From positions 113,772,001 through 113,836,000 of the forward strand of contig NC_058373.1 of assembly GCF_018350175.1 (NCBI RefSeq): DNA of 64,000 nt, read 5' to 3'. This stretch comes from Felis catus (Eukaryota). Below are positions 36,197-49,439 of this stretch, one piece after another. The stretch's first letter is position 1. Each line of letters opens with the position of its first letter. The position numbers and the translations under genes are program-made. Below the pieces are notes generated by a model. The model was not told the DNA's origin and did not search any database. It saw only the letters and a program-made list of their open reading frames with translations.

Positions 36197-36445
36197 AGGA
36201 ATAACTTGTTTTATTGTGCTTTGCAGATATTACATTTTTTTACAAATTGGAAGGTTTGTAACAACCCCATGTCAAGCAAGTCTATTGGCACCATTTTCCC
36301 AGCAGCATTTTCTCACTTTGTGACTCTCATATTTTGGTAATTCTCACAATATTTTAAACTTTCTCATTATTATCTTTGTTACAGTGATCTGTGATCAATG
36401 ATCTTTGATACTACTATTAGAATTGTTTTGGGGTGCTTTGAACCT
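36197..36445 (+). mobile_element. Tigger1-like DNA transposon 5' fragment
   Basis: ttttattgtgctttgcagatattacatttttttacaaattggaaggtttgt...caagcaagtctattggcaccatttt matches the recalled Tigger1 left end. Confidence 0.8.
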
Positions 36446-36737
36446 CATTCAACCTTGCCATTTTTTAAAGCTTTCTGGCAAGGCTTCTCCATGGCCTGAC
36501 ATTTGCCTTCCTGTTTAATCATTCTCTGAGCCTTTTTATACTCTAGTAAAGTGAATTACACCTGCCAGTACACCTTATCATCCTCAGTCTTTCTTATTCC
36601 TTGTAATCTGATGTCTATCCCTGTATCATCCAGTCGTATCCCCTTCAAGTGCTTGCCCAGTCCACTGACTGACACACATTAGGTTTTCATTAAGTATTTT
36701 GTACTTAATGAGAATGAAAAAGTGTTCTTTATATTTT

Positions 36738-36983
36738 TTTAAATGTTTATTTTTATTATTTATTCTGAGAGAGAGAGAGAGAGACAGAGAGAGACAGAGA
36801 CAGAGAGAGAGAATGCACACGAGTGGGGAAGGGGCAGAGAGAGAGGGAGAGGGAGAGAATCCCAAGCAGGCTCCATGCTCTCACCAGAGCTCAGCGCAGG
36901 GCTCAATTTCATAAACCATGAGACATTACCTGAGCCAAAATCAAGAGTCAGATGCCCAACTGACTGAGCCACCCAGGCACCCC
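36738..36983 (-). mobile_element. Can-SINE
   Basis: TSD gttctttatatttt at 36724-36737 and 36985-36998. Confidence 0.95.
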
Positions 36984-38824
36984 AGTTCTTTATATTTTAA
37001 ATATTATGGAGAGAGACTTACAACACAGCAGGAAGGAACTGTGACTGAAGAGTCAAACATGAGACCAAAATTGGGAGCTTTAAAAATATTTTTAATAGCT
37101 TTGTTGAGTCATAATTGACATCCAATAAACAGCACATATTTAGCACAATTTGATAAGTTTTAATGTATGTATACACACAGGAAATCATCAGCACAATCAA
37201 GATAATGAACATATCCATTATCCCCAAAAGTTGCCACATGGCTATCGTAATCCATTTCTCCCAGCCCTCTCCACCTTTATCTCCTCTTGCACTGATCTGT
37301 TTTGTCAATCAAGATTTGTCTGCATTTTCTAGAGTCATACACAAATGAAATCATATGGTATAAACTCTTTTGGATCTGGCTTTTTCACTCAGTGTAATTA
37401 TTTTGAGATTCATCCATGGTGTTACATGTATCAATACTTCATTCCTTTTTATTGTTAAATAGTATTCCACTGTATGCATATACCACAATTTGCTTATCTG
37501 CTCACCTATTGATGGACATTTTGGGATCTTTCCAGTTTATGGCAATTACAAATAAAGTCACTATGAACATTTGACTACAAATAGTTGAATGTAGGTATGC
37601 TTTCTTTTCTTATGAGTAAATAACCGGGAGTAGAATGGCTAGATCATAGGATAGTGTGTGTTTAGCTTTGTAAGAAACTGCCAAACTGTCTTCCAAAGTG
37701 ACCGTATCATTTTGCATTCCCACCAGCAATGAACTAGAGTTCCTGTTTTGTCACCAGTATTTGATGATTTCAGTGCTTTGAATTTCAGCCATAGGTGTTT
37801 AGTGGTATCTCATTGTTTAATTTGCAGTTCCCTAATGACATGAAGTTAAACATCTTTTCATATATTTATCTGTCCTCTGTATATCTGCTTTTGTGAGGTG
37901 TCTATTCAGATCTTTTACCTATTTTTAAATCAGATTGTTTTCATACTGCTGAGTTTTAAGAGTCCCTTGACTATTTTAGATACAAGTCCTTTATCCAATA
38001 TGTGTTTCGCAGATATTCTTTCCCAGATTGTGGTGTGTCTTTTCTTTCTTTTAATAAGTGTCTTTTGCAGAGAAGTTTTTAACTATAATGAAGTCCAAGT
38101 TAACAATTTTTTCTTTCATGGATAGTGCTTTTGGTGTTATATCAAAAAACTCATTGCCAAGCCCAAAGTCACCTAGATCTTCTCCTATGTTATATTTTAG
38201 AAGTTTTATAGTTTTGTGTTTTATATTTAGTCTATCATTCATCTTGACTTAATATTGTGAAGGGTGTAAAGTCTGTGTCTAGATTCATTTTTTTTTTCAT
38301 GTGAATGTCTAGTTTGTTCCAGTACCATTTGTTGAAAAGTCTATCCTACATGAAATTGCCTGTGCTCTTTTGTCAAAATCCAGTTAACTATATTTATGTG
38401 AGTCTATTTCTGGGCTCTCTATTCTGTTTCACTGGTGAAATTATCTATTCTGTCACTGATACCACACTGTCGTATTACTGTAGCTTTATATTGTCTTGAA
38501 GCCTGATAGTTTCAGTCCTCCAACTTTGTTTTTCTTATTCAATATTATGTTGGCATTATGGGTCTTTCTGCCTTTCCATATAAACTTTAGAATCGATTTG
38601 TGTATATTCATAAAGTAACTTGCTGGGAATTTGATTGGATCTAGATCAAATTGTGAAGAATCAACATCTTGACAATAGTGAGTCTTCCTATCTGTTACCA
38701 TGGAATATCTCTCCATTTATTTAGATCTCCTTTGAATTTTTTCATCAGAGTTTCCTCATATAGATCTTGTATACACTCTGTACAATGATCTTGTTCATTA
38801 CCTAAGTGTTTCTCTCTCTCTCTC

Positions 38825-38885
38825 TTTTATAAGCTTATTTATTTATCTTGAGAGAGAGAGGGAGAGAGTGAGAGAGAGAGAGAGA

Positions 38886-38935
<50 letters not shown>

Positions 38936-39025
38936 CCCAAGCAGCGATTTCACCAACAGTGAGATCATGACCTGAGCCAAAATCAAAAGCTGGATACTTA
39001 ACTGACTGAGCCACCCAGGTGCCCC
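38825..39025 (-). mobile_element. Can-SINE with internal deletion and expanded (GA)n tract
   Basis: Head ends at 39025; ~80 bp GA repeat at 38850-38932. Confidence 0.9.
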
Positions 39026-39071
39026 CACCCCCCTCACTTCTTTTGATGCCCGTGTAAAATGTTGCATTTTA

Positions 39072-39287
39072 TTAAAAATTTTTTTTAGTGTTGTATTTAT
39101 TTTTGAGAGTGAGAGACATAGCACAAGCAGGGGAGGGGCAGAGAGAGTGGGAGACACAGAATCCAAAGCAAGCTCCAGGCTCTGAGCTGTCAGCACAGAG
39201 CCCAAGGTGGGGTTTGAACCCATGGACCATGAGGTCATGACCTGAGCTGAAGTCGGATGCTTAACTGACTGAGCCACCCAAGCACCC
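39072..39287 (-). mobile_element. Can-SINE
   Basis: TSD taa(a/g)atgttgcatttta at 39055-39071 and 39288-39304. Confidence 0.95.
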
Positions 39288-41789
39288 TAAGATGTTGCAT
39301 TTTAAATTTCAGATTCCAGTTGTTCATCACTGGTATGTAAGGAAACAGTGGACTTTTGTACATTAACTTTATAGCCTGTCTTCTTTTGGATTGACTATTT
39401 TTTTATAATTTCATTTTACCTCCTTTGTTGCCTCATTAGCTATAATTCTTTGTTTAGTTACTTTTCTGACTTCTTTAGGACTTATCTTTAACTTACCACA
39501 GTCTGTGTGAAACTTAGAGTGGCCTTACTGTAGTTGTCATACATTTTACTTACATATAAGTTACACATTAATTATAAATCCTACAATACAGTTTTGTTTA
39601 ATCAATTATCTTACAATATATTTAAATAATAAGAAAGATATCATGTATATATTTACCAGTAACTACCGTTTCCATTGTTCTTTATTCCTTTGTGTAGATG
39701 CCATCTACAATTTCCATCTGGTGTTATTTAACTTTTGCCTGAAAGACTTATTTTATCTTTTATTGTGCGTTAGGTCAGCTTTGAGTGTCTGAAGAGGTTT
39801 TTATTTTACTTTTGTTTTTGAAAGATAGTTTTTCTGAGAATGATTTCTGGTGATAAATTATTTCAGCTTTGAGTGTCTGAAGAGGTTTTTATTTTACTTC
39901 TGTTTTTGGAAGATAGTTTTTCTGAGAATAGAATTCTGGGTTGACAGTTTTCTTTTTCAGTTTTTTAAAGTTGTTGCTCCACTAAATTTTTCTTTTGTTG
40001 TTTCCAACTAGAAACTGAACTCATCTTTATTTGTGTTTCTCTGTACATAACACGTTTTCCTTTCTCATGTTCCTTTCAATTTTTTCTCTTTTCATTGGTT
40101 TTGAGCAGCTTAATTATCATGTACCTTCATGTGATTTTTTTCATGTTTTTTTATGCTTGGGGTTTGTTGAGCTTTTTTGGTAGGTGGATTTATAGTTTTC
40201 ATCAAATTTGCAAAAATCCTGGCTGTTATTTTTTCAAATATTTTTTTCTTCTCTCTTTACCTCCTCTTCCCTGGGGACTCCTGTTATATATATATTAAGT
40301 CACTTGAAGTTGTCCTATAGCTCACTGATGCTCTTTTCGTTTTTGTTAAATTTTTTTTCTGTGTTTCATTTTGGATATTCTCTATTGTTATTCCTTCAAA
40401 TTCACTAATAGTTATTATTTATATCTGTTGCTCCTAGTTCCTATTGTGTTTTCTCGTTCTTCATTGTATAATCAAATTCCATCCAGTGTATTTGTTATTT
40501 CATACATTGTATTTTTTTATCTCTAGAAGTTTGATTTTGTTTTGTTTTATTTTAGTATCTGTACTTAACTTTTAAAACACATGGCGTATAGTTATAATAA
40601 TTATTTTAATGTCCCTGTCTGCCCATTCTAGCATCTTTGTCAGTTCTGAGTCCATTTCTATGGACTTTTCTCCTCATTATGGTCTTACTTTCCTGCTTCT
40701 TTGCATGCCCGGTTATCTGATTGGATACCAGACATTGTGAATTTTACCTTCTTGGGTGCTATATATTTTTGTCTTCCTACAAATCTTGAGCTTTGTTTTG
40801 AGATGCAGTTAGATCAGTTGGAAACAGTTGATCCTTTTGAATCTTGCTTTTAAGAACTGTTTTGGTAACACCAGAACCATTTAGTTTGAAACTAATTATT
40901 CTCCACTGTTAAGGCAAGACCCTTGTGGGTACTGTTCCCAGTGCTTCCTGAATTATAAAGTTTTCTCAGCTGGTTCATGGGAATAGCCCTGTGTGAATGC
41001 CAGATACTCTTCTCTATACTCCTTTGAGATCATTCTCTCCCTTGCCTCAAGTGGTTTCCTCACATGTCTGCACTAATCAGCACTCTGCTGAATATTTGAG
41101 GGAGACTCTCCACAATCTCTCTTGTGAACTCTGGTGCCTTGTTTTTTCTAGATCCTCAGCTTCATCTCCTTACTTCAGGGAGTCTGGACTTTACTTGGGT
41201 TCCCTCTCCCTGCACCATGCCCTGGAAATTCTTTCAAGGCAGCAAACTGGGGCAGTCGGTGGAGAGCTCTCCTTGTTTGTTTTCCATCTCTCAGGGATCA
41301 CTGTCCTTTAGTGCTTGATGTTCAGTGTTTTTTAAAAAAAAACACTGTCTCATATGTTTTGTCTTTTAAAAAGCTTTTTGGTTGTTTTAGGTGATAGGGT
41401 AAATTTGGTCTCTTTTACTCCATCGTGGTCAGAAACAAAAGGGCTTCTTTTAAGTTTTCAAAGGTGGTTTTAGCAATGACCGATAGCAAAACAGGGAGTC
41501 TCTAAGTGAAATATCCATGATGTTTCATCATAAATTGAAAGTTTGGAAAGAGAATTAATCTCAGAATTACCCTTTATCTATTCTTCCTTCTACTCAGATC
41601 CTTCACAAATATCTCCCTAATGAAATTCCTTTCATACATTATTGACCACATTGATGGGTAGATTATTGAATCTGGAAGGAAAAGATGTACAAAAGTCACT
41701 AGAGTTGTAAGTTTCATAGAATCTATTATGTAAAAAGGAAATGGTGCAAAGGGAACCAAGTTGGTATCATTGTACAGTATTTTAATTTC

Positions 41790-41994
41790 TTTTTAAACAT
41801 TTTTAAAAATATTTATTCATTTTTGAGGAGAGAGAGAGGGGGAAGCCAGGAAGGGCAGAGAGGGAGACAGAGAATCCAAAGCAGCCTCTGAGCTGTCAGC
41901 ACAAAGCCTGACACGGAGCTCAAACCCACAAACCGTGAGATCATGACCTGAGCTGAAGTTGGACACTCAACTGACTGAGCCACCCGGGGACCCC
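41790..41994 (-). mobile_element. Can-SINE (diverged, no TSD seen)
   Basis: ctgagctgtcagcac...gagatcatgacctgagctgaagt...gagccaccc body. Confidence 0.92.
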
Positions 41995-44787
41995 AGGTTC
42001 TTGATACCAGTAAATAGTTGTGATATTTTTGTTTTTGCTTGTTCTGCTTTTTTTTTTCTTTTTTTGTGCTTCACTGGGAAGCCCAAGTGATCTTTGGCAA
42101 GAAAAGAAGCAGGGAAAAAATATCAGAAAGTTAAAGAAATGTGATTATCTCCTTCCTGTTCTTATAGCCCCTATAATGTCAGCCAAGTCAATAAATGCTT
42201 GCAAAAATCCAGCTGGAATGTGATAAGGTAGTTGTTGCAACTGCTTTCTCCTTTTATAGATAGTTTAAAAAGTAGAAAAGTTCAGTGAAAAACAGCAGTT
42301 AGTAGAATGCAACTGTGAATCTAGTAGAAGTGTGAGTTTCAAATTGACTAAGTCCTCAGAGTAGATAGAGGCCCTTCTAAGTTTGACTAGCAACACACAA
42401 AGACCTGGAGTTCATCTGCCCAGTTTATGTGGTTAATTAGCACTTAGAGTTTCCTCAATAGGAGTGAGTGAAGTAAAAGCTAGATAATATCTTATAAGAT
42501 CTTTTTTTTTTCTGTCTTGTACTTCTTGGAAGAGGGGCTTGGACTATTGAATTGGAAGGGAACAATTAAAACAGACTTTAAAATGAAGCCCTGACATGCT
42601 GGCTGCTTGCCTGCTCTGTCGGGGCAGCTCTGGTTCCAGGGAGACAGAATGCATTTTGTTTGTTTGTTTGTTTCCAGACAATTTCCTGCGTCATCACATT
42701 TTTTTTTGAGCCAAGTGTTTGAGGTTGGTGATGTTGACAGAGCCCTGGAGAATGGAAGGAGTTCATCTCCACAGACAAAAGCTTTGTATTTCAAGTTTAA
42801 AAATTCCAGAATATTTTTCTATTATATTGCTATTCTTAGTTTTTTTATGCCCCTTTGTGGGGGAAGACTGGTCTCCCCTGTATCTAATTTTCAGCCTTTA
42901 GGTGGGTCCTTCTTGTAAGTCAAGAAAGCACGTTAGAAAAACCATTCCTCTTGGCATTTATGAAACTTGCAATAGCATATCTTGCTCTGCTAAATAGTAC
43001 ATGCAGTATGCCCAGAAGGCTTAGGGTTATTATTAGTAGTAGTAGTGGTATATGTTCTATATTTATTCATATTTAATTTCACTATAATAGGGTCATTGCA
43101 TACCAGGTGACATTTATTCAGGAAGTATTGGGGAAAATATAAAATATAGTTGAGCTATAATGAATTATGATGATTTACATTTATTAACAAATTTCCTTTT
43201 ATTAGTAAGTCACCCAAGGCTGCTTTTGACAGTTTGAAAACAGAAACGTTGATACTTTTTTTTTCCTGGTAAGATTTTGAACTCTTTTATGTAAAGTATA
43301 AACTCTTGTTCAGAATTAAGTCCTTAACCTGTCTCCATAGCACCTCTGATTGAAAGAAGTTGTTGCAGTTTATAAAGGACTTATTTGTGGTAGGTGGAGG
43401 TGGTGGTGTTGGGGAGGTGGGAATTGGGGGAGGAGGGAGTATGAAGTACCCAAATATTTATCTAGCTTCTATTATGTGCCAGGGGCTAGGCTAGACATCT
43501 GTATGTTATCCTTTTATAAACTGCCATTTCTGAATCTATGACAATGGCCCTCATGATTAGGTGGGATTTAGAGAAGAACTAGAAAATATATTTTTTTAAC
43601 CTATACTTATAAAAGAGTGCTATTAAAAGCTCATTTAACGTGAGTGCTTCTTTTTCTTCCTCTGCTTTAGATTTAAACTCTTTTTCTATAAGCTAATCAA
43701 TACACAACATTCTTAAGCATGTTATATGAAAGGAGTGGCATTATGAAACGTGGGGACATTATATAGAGTAATACAATAAAAGGTAAAGGATTAAGTAGTC
43801 TAAGAATTTTAGAACTAAAAATAATTTTCAAAACCACTTGGACCATTAATTTCATCTGGCAGTCGAGAAAACTGTTGCCCTGAAGCATATCAGCCTTGCC
43901 CAAGAGAGCCCATTAATGCAGATGGAAGAGAACCTAGGTTGTTTTAACTGCCAGTTCACTCTTTCTACTGTATCCTAATTCTGTTTCCTGCCTTACTTTA
44001 GAAGCAGCAATCCACACGAGCTTTACATCCTGAATACGAACAATAATACTAGCAATAACAAACTATTATGTTTAAAAATATAGTTTACACCTCTTGGTTG
44101 ATTGTTGGTTGGTTTCTGTTTGGTTTGTCAAAGGGCCTTAGGGAGCCAGGTATTAGATAGGTCATGGCCTCACCTATTATTTTCAAAATTGGAGAAAAGT
44201 AATTCTAGAAGAATCTCCTTAGATAAGCTTTTAAACTATGCATTTAAATGTGTAGGTAGTTGTACTCTCTGCTATGATGGCCCTAGAAGACATTGCTCAG
44301 GCCACAGCTTATTATTTTTGAGGCCATAGAAAGGGAAAGAGGCTTTGCCCTGATGTATCCCATGAAATGAATAACAGGCAACATTTAGGGAAACCTAGTT
44401 GATGGAGACTATTCTCACCACACTCTTTCCATGGCCCTTTTTCTCCTTCCCCCACACCATTTAAACTCGCCTTGACTAAATGCAATGAACAGGAACCATT
44501 GTATGAATCGGAAGGAAAGTGTCTTAAATATATGAAGTTATAATGACTTGGTAAGTGCTATAAAAATATTCTGCAACTGAGTTAGAAATTGCATCATCCA
44601 TGCCTGTGGCACTATGGACTGGGCCCAAACGGTGTAATTCTCCAGTGTAATACTGAAGTAATTTTTGCATCTGCCAAGTAAATAGTTTAAATTTCAAACC
44701 TGTGAAATGGCAAGCTATAATTGTTCAATTCCAGTGAACCACAGGTGTATTTAATTTCCTTCCTTTACTTCTCGCTGTCTTTTTTAG

Positions 44788-44837
44788 GTAGGCCGAACCA
44801 ACTAAATAAAGATTGTGCTGTTGTATGAATCTACAAG
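44788..44837 (+). other. Candidate 50-nt cassette exon (non-coding, 5' UTR or poison)
   Basis: About 35-nt polypyrimidine tract ending in TAG at 44785-44787; donor AAG|GTGAGC at 44838; stop codons in all three frames. Confidence 0.45.
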
Positions 44838-45297
44838 GTGAGCTTTAAAGTCAGTCAATATATTTGAATGCCTACATATTATAGAGCACTTTTAAAAGTA
44901 CAAACTCCTTAATAGAGTGAAAGTCCATTTTATTTAGAGAAAATCATTTTCACTCACATATGTTATAATAATGATAGAAGTGGCATATGGTAATGACAGA
45001 GCATGGGGAGTCAGAAAATATGGATTTTTGCCCTATTAATTTTTCATTTGATCTGGCTTGAATCATTTCCTTTTCCTCTAATTTTTGTATCTGCTAAAGG
45101 TGAATAATAATACTTCCATTCACCACATAGAGGTGCTGGGAGAATGAAAGATAAATTCTCCAAAGCACTTTGAACTGCTTAAAAGAAAAACTTTTAAAAA
45201 TAAAAGTTTCTTTTGCTATCTTGTTATTTCTTATGTTCAGATACCACAGTAAGTGTTAGAAGAGGCTTGAAAGGTTTGGCTATTTTTCATAACCCTT

Positions 45298-45525
45298 TTT
45301 TTAAAATTTTTATTTAAAAAATTTTTTTAACGTTTATTTATTATTGAGAGACACAGAGCGTGAGCAGGGGAGGGGTAGAGAGAGGGGGAGACATAGAATC
45401 TGAAGTAGGCTCCAGGCTCTGAGCAGTCAGCACAGAGCCTGATGCGGGGCTCGAACTCACAAACTGCGAGATCATGACCTAAGCCGAAGTCGGTCGCTCA
45501 ACCAACTGAGCCACCCAGGCGCCCC
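45298..45525 (-). mobile_element. Can-SINE
   Basis: TSD tcataac(c/t)ctt at 45287-45297 and 45526-45536. Confidence 0.96.
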
Positions 45526-46879
45526 TCATAACTCTTATTTGTAGGTAAGGAGATTTGTTATAATTCCCTGTATTTTACAAACAAGGAAATTAAAGCCCCG
45601 AAAGATTTGTTTACTTTTGGGCCTAAAGTGAAAACCCTTTATGAGAATTGGGGGAAATTAGTGGGATTATAGATGTAGTAACATTGGCCATGAGTTGATA
45701 ATTATTGAAGCAGTTAATGAGTATATGGGGGATCATTATACTATCTTGTATACCTTGTATATGTTTCAAATCTTACATAATAAAAAGTTTAAAAAAGATA
45801 ATAGTACCTGTTTTTATTTACAAAGGCCTTTTAAAAAGCTACTGAGCCCCTCTGTCTCTGAGGCATGGAGAATTCTTTATTTCTTAGGTTCAGCAAAAAG
45901 GAAAAAAAAATTGAAAAATATCTTATATGTATGAACCTGCGAGCATTGACATTTTAGTTTTTCATATTCAATTTTTACATTCTATTTACAGTGCTTTCTA
46001 AACCACTCGCTGCTTTTGGAACTTTTAACTTAATATGCTATTTTAAAAGAATTAATAGATTTTTTTTTCTTATGCCTGTTCTAGACACTTGTCACCTCTT
46101 TGTCATCATCGATTTTAGATTTTCATTTTCCTATTTCTGGAAATTGTTGGGAATTATAAGCAGTCACTTATTAACTCGATTATTTTATGCTTCAGTGGAC
46201 TTGTCAGTGGGTGGCCTGTGAATTATGTCAACTTTTAGAGACACAGATCAACCATGCTACCCTATACTCATGACAGAAAGCTGCTGACCTCCCCATTGCA
46301 GGATCTTATAGTCGAAGAGCATTTGAAATATGTGAAAGCACTCATATTGAGCAAACAAAATCACCCTCAACCTGGGTTACTTTCACTGGTAGACTTGAAT
46401 GGTTAACGCTTGTCATTTCATAAGCTCCTAGATAACACAAATGCTGAATTCAAAATACAACATATTTGGTATCATTTGTTTTTAGGCATCCAAGGAAATC
46501 AAATTTAGAATGTAATCATAGAACTTTAGAGTTAAGAAAGATCTTAATGATCATCTGGTATAGCCCTTTCAGTTTATGTTTGAAAGAACTAAAGATTTGA
46601 AAAGGCCAGATAACTTGCTCAGTTACGTACCTTAGTATTGGCAGAACTAGAACTTGAACTTGAGTCTCTTAGCTTTCAATTCAGAGTTCTCAGCTGGGTT
46701 GCCTCTCAAATGTGTTTAGATCCTTGATGTTATTTGTGAACACCAGGAATGTCTCTGCTTCTTACAGTTTAGAAATTTTACTCTACTTGGCAACACCATG
46801 CTGAACCATATTGAAGCTTAAGGCAAGATGAAAATTCAGTGATACTGATCCTGTGTAAAATTCTGGTATTTTCTGCATT

Positions 46880-47018
46880 ATGGGTTTTTGGCATTAATTT
46901 TGATTTCTAAAAAATTGCATTAAAATACTATTTTATCTTGATTACTGGGTTTTACCAACCTCTAAAATTTTGCAGCTGAGGTTGGTGCCTCACTTGATTC
47001 ACCCTAGCCCCAGCCCTG
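46880..47018. mobile_element. MER91-like hAT relic
   Basis: aaaattgcattaaaata...tgcctcacttg...caccctagccccagccctg terminus. Confidence 0.55.
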
Positions 47019-47244
47019 CTATTTTTATTTAACCCCTTAACTCTATAAATCCCTTCTTTCAGCCTTCTGGCAATAAAAAAAGAAAAAAAAATCAAGCTAT
47101 GGAACATTTATACTCAAAGCAAGCCCTTTCTGTTAGCCACCTAAAAATGATGGTAACAAAGAAGACAAACCAGAATTTGCATGTGCTATTCATTGACTTG
47201 ATTGAAGGTAACTTAAAACATAGTAATTTTTGGCTCTATGAGTT

Positions 47245-48667
47245 GTTTTTTTTTTTTTTTGATTTTTTTTTAATTTTATTATTTTTTTTTATATATGAAA
47301 TTTATTGACAAATTGGTTTCCATACAACACCCTGTGCTCATCCCAAAAGGTGCCCTCCTCAATACCCATCACCCACCCTCTCCTCCCTCCCACCCCCCAT
47401 CAACCCTCAGTTTGTTCTCAGTTTTTAAGAGTCTCTTATGCTTTGGCTCTCTCCCACTCTAACCTGTTTTTTTTTTTTTTTCCTTCCCCTCCCCCATGGG
47501 TTCCTGTTAAGTTTCACATAAGAATGAAACCATATGGTATCTGTCTTTCTCTGTATGGCTTATTTCACTTAGCATCACACTCTCCAGTTCCATCCACGTT
47601 GCTACAAAAGGCCATATTTCATTTTTTCTCATTGCCACGTAGTATTGCATTGTGTATATAAACCACAATTTCTTTATCCATTCATCAGTTGATGGACATT
47701 TAGGCTCTTTCCATAATTTGGCTATTGTTGAGAGTGCTGCTATGAACATTGGGGTACAAGTGGCCCTATGCATCAGTACTCCTGTATCCCTTGGATAAAT
47801 TCCTAGCAGTGCTATTGCTGGGTCATAGGGTAGGTCTATTTTTAATTTTCTGAGGAACCTCCACACTGCTTTCCAGAGGGGCTGCACCAATTTGCATTCC
47901 CACCAACAGTGCAAGAGGGTTCCCGTTTCTCCACATCCTCTCCAGCATCTCTAGTCTCCTGATTTGTTCATTTTGGCCACTCTGACTGGCGTGAGGTGAT
48001 ACCTGAGTGTGGTTTTGATTTGTATTTCCCTGATAAGGAGCGACGCTGAACATCTTTTCATGTGCCTGTTGGCCATCCGGATGTCTTCTTTAGAGAAGTG
48101 TCTATTCATGTTTTCTGCCCATTTCTTCACTGGGTTATTTGTTTTTCGGGTGTGGAGTTTGGTGAGCTCTTTATAGATTTTGGATACTAGCCCTTTGTCC
48201 GATAAGTCATTTGCGAATATCTTTTCCCATTCCGTTGGTTGCCTTTTAGTTTTGTTGGTTGTTTCCTTTGCTGTGCAGAAGCTTTTTATCTTCATAAGGT
48301 CCCAGTAATTCACTTTTGCTTTTAATTCCCTTGCCTTTGGGGATGTGTCGAGTAAGAGATTGCTACGGCTGAGGTCAGAGAGGCCTTTTCCTGCTTTCTC
48401 CTCTAAGGTTTTGATGGTTTCTTGTCTCACATTTAGGTCCTTTATCCATTTTGAGTTTATTTTTGTGAATGGTGTGAGAAAGTGGTCTAGTTTCAACCTT
48501 CTGCATGTTGCTGTCCAGTTCTCCCAGCACCATTTGTTAAAGAGGCTGTCTTTTTTCCATTGGATGTTCTTTCCTGCTTTGTCAAAGATGAGTTGGCCAT
48601 ACGTTTGTGGGTCTAGTTCTGGGGTTTCTATTCTATTCCATTGGTCTATGTGTCTGTTTTTGTGCCA
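47245..48667 (-). mobile_element. Young 5'-truncated feline L1 (~1.4 kb; ORF2 C-terminal part, 3' UTR, poly(A))
   Basis: Reading frame [14 protein letters not shown]...[21 protein letters not shown]...GD*RCWRGC...[14 protein letters not shown] (CCHC motif); perfect 15-bp TSD ttggctctatgagtt at 47230-47244 and 48668-48682. Confidence 0.98.
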
Positions 48668-48904
48668 TTGGCTCTATGAGTTTAAGCTGTCTTAGAATGT
48701 CTCCTAGGTTATTGAAAAGAGCTCAAAACCAAGTCATGGGTTCAATTTTCTGATCCTTCTCTGTATTGTGTTTTGAGCCCTTATGTAATTATGTTTGTTT
48801 TGATTTCTATAAATTAAGAATCAGGGAAGGAAGCTCTTTATAGGCCTATTGTGTTCATTATTTTACTTGGTCTTCTCAACAGCTGTTTAAGATAGGTAAC
48901 TTAT

Positions 48905-49395
48905 TGGATAGGACTATTTTGGTTCCAGATGATAAAACAGAACTCATATTGACCTAAGTTAAAATAAAAGGGAATTTGCAGCCAACAAATGAAAATCTAA
49001 TGGGTAGATCTGACTTCACATATTAACACATTTCATAAGGGTTTGGTCTCTACATCTTTCCAATCTTTTCTCTGAAGAGTTGGCCTTTCCACACACAGAA
49101 GCCTCAGGCTTACTCTCTACAAGTTTAGTAACTTCAGAAAGGGAATAAATTTTTCCTCATTGCTCCAGCAAAAGCCTCAGAATTGGTTATAATTGGCCCA
49201 GCATGGATCACATGCCTATCCCTGAACCACTAATTAAAGCTCGGGGGATGCAGGTATTTCATTGGCTAAGTCTGGTTCAATGTTCAATCTCAGAGTAGTG
49301 GTTTGAGAGCAGGAAAGCCCTTTCCCTTACAGGAAGAGGGAACTTCTTAACGGCTTACCCCCAAAAGGGATGCTGGATGGCAAAGACAAATGTCT
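48905..49395 (-). mobile_element. Old MLT1-type LTR
   Basis: ggactattttggttccagatgataaaac...attggcccagcatggatcacatgcctatccctgaacca...gatgctggatggcaaa. Confidence 0.6.
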
Positions 49396-49439
49396 ATTAG
49401 GATCTTATTCGCATTTCACTAATGAGGAAGTTGAGGCTT

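Larger units (their letters stand above)
37090..41440 (-). mobile_element. Long decayed L1 (L1MB/L1MC-like; 3' UTR, ORF2 and more 5' parts), interrupted by two SINEs
   Basis: Minus-strand ORF remnants (LNIKHKTIKLLKYNIGEDL; ILKFIWKGRK...KKNKVGGL) are L1 ORF2-like. L1-like antisense sequence continues to ~41440 and may represent more than one insertion. Confidence 0.8.

Noticed and set aside
47507..48496. Longest ORFs (181 and 135 aa) as a cellular gene
   Set aside because: They are LINE-1 ORF2 C-terminal sequence inside a TSD-flanked truncated L1.
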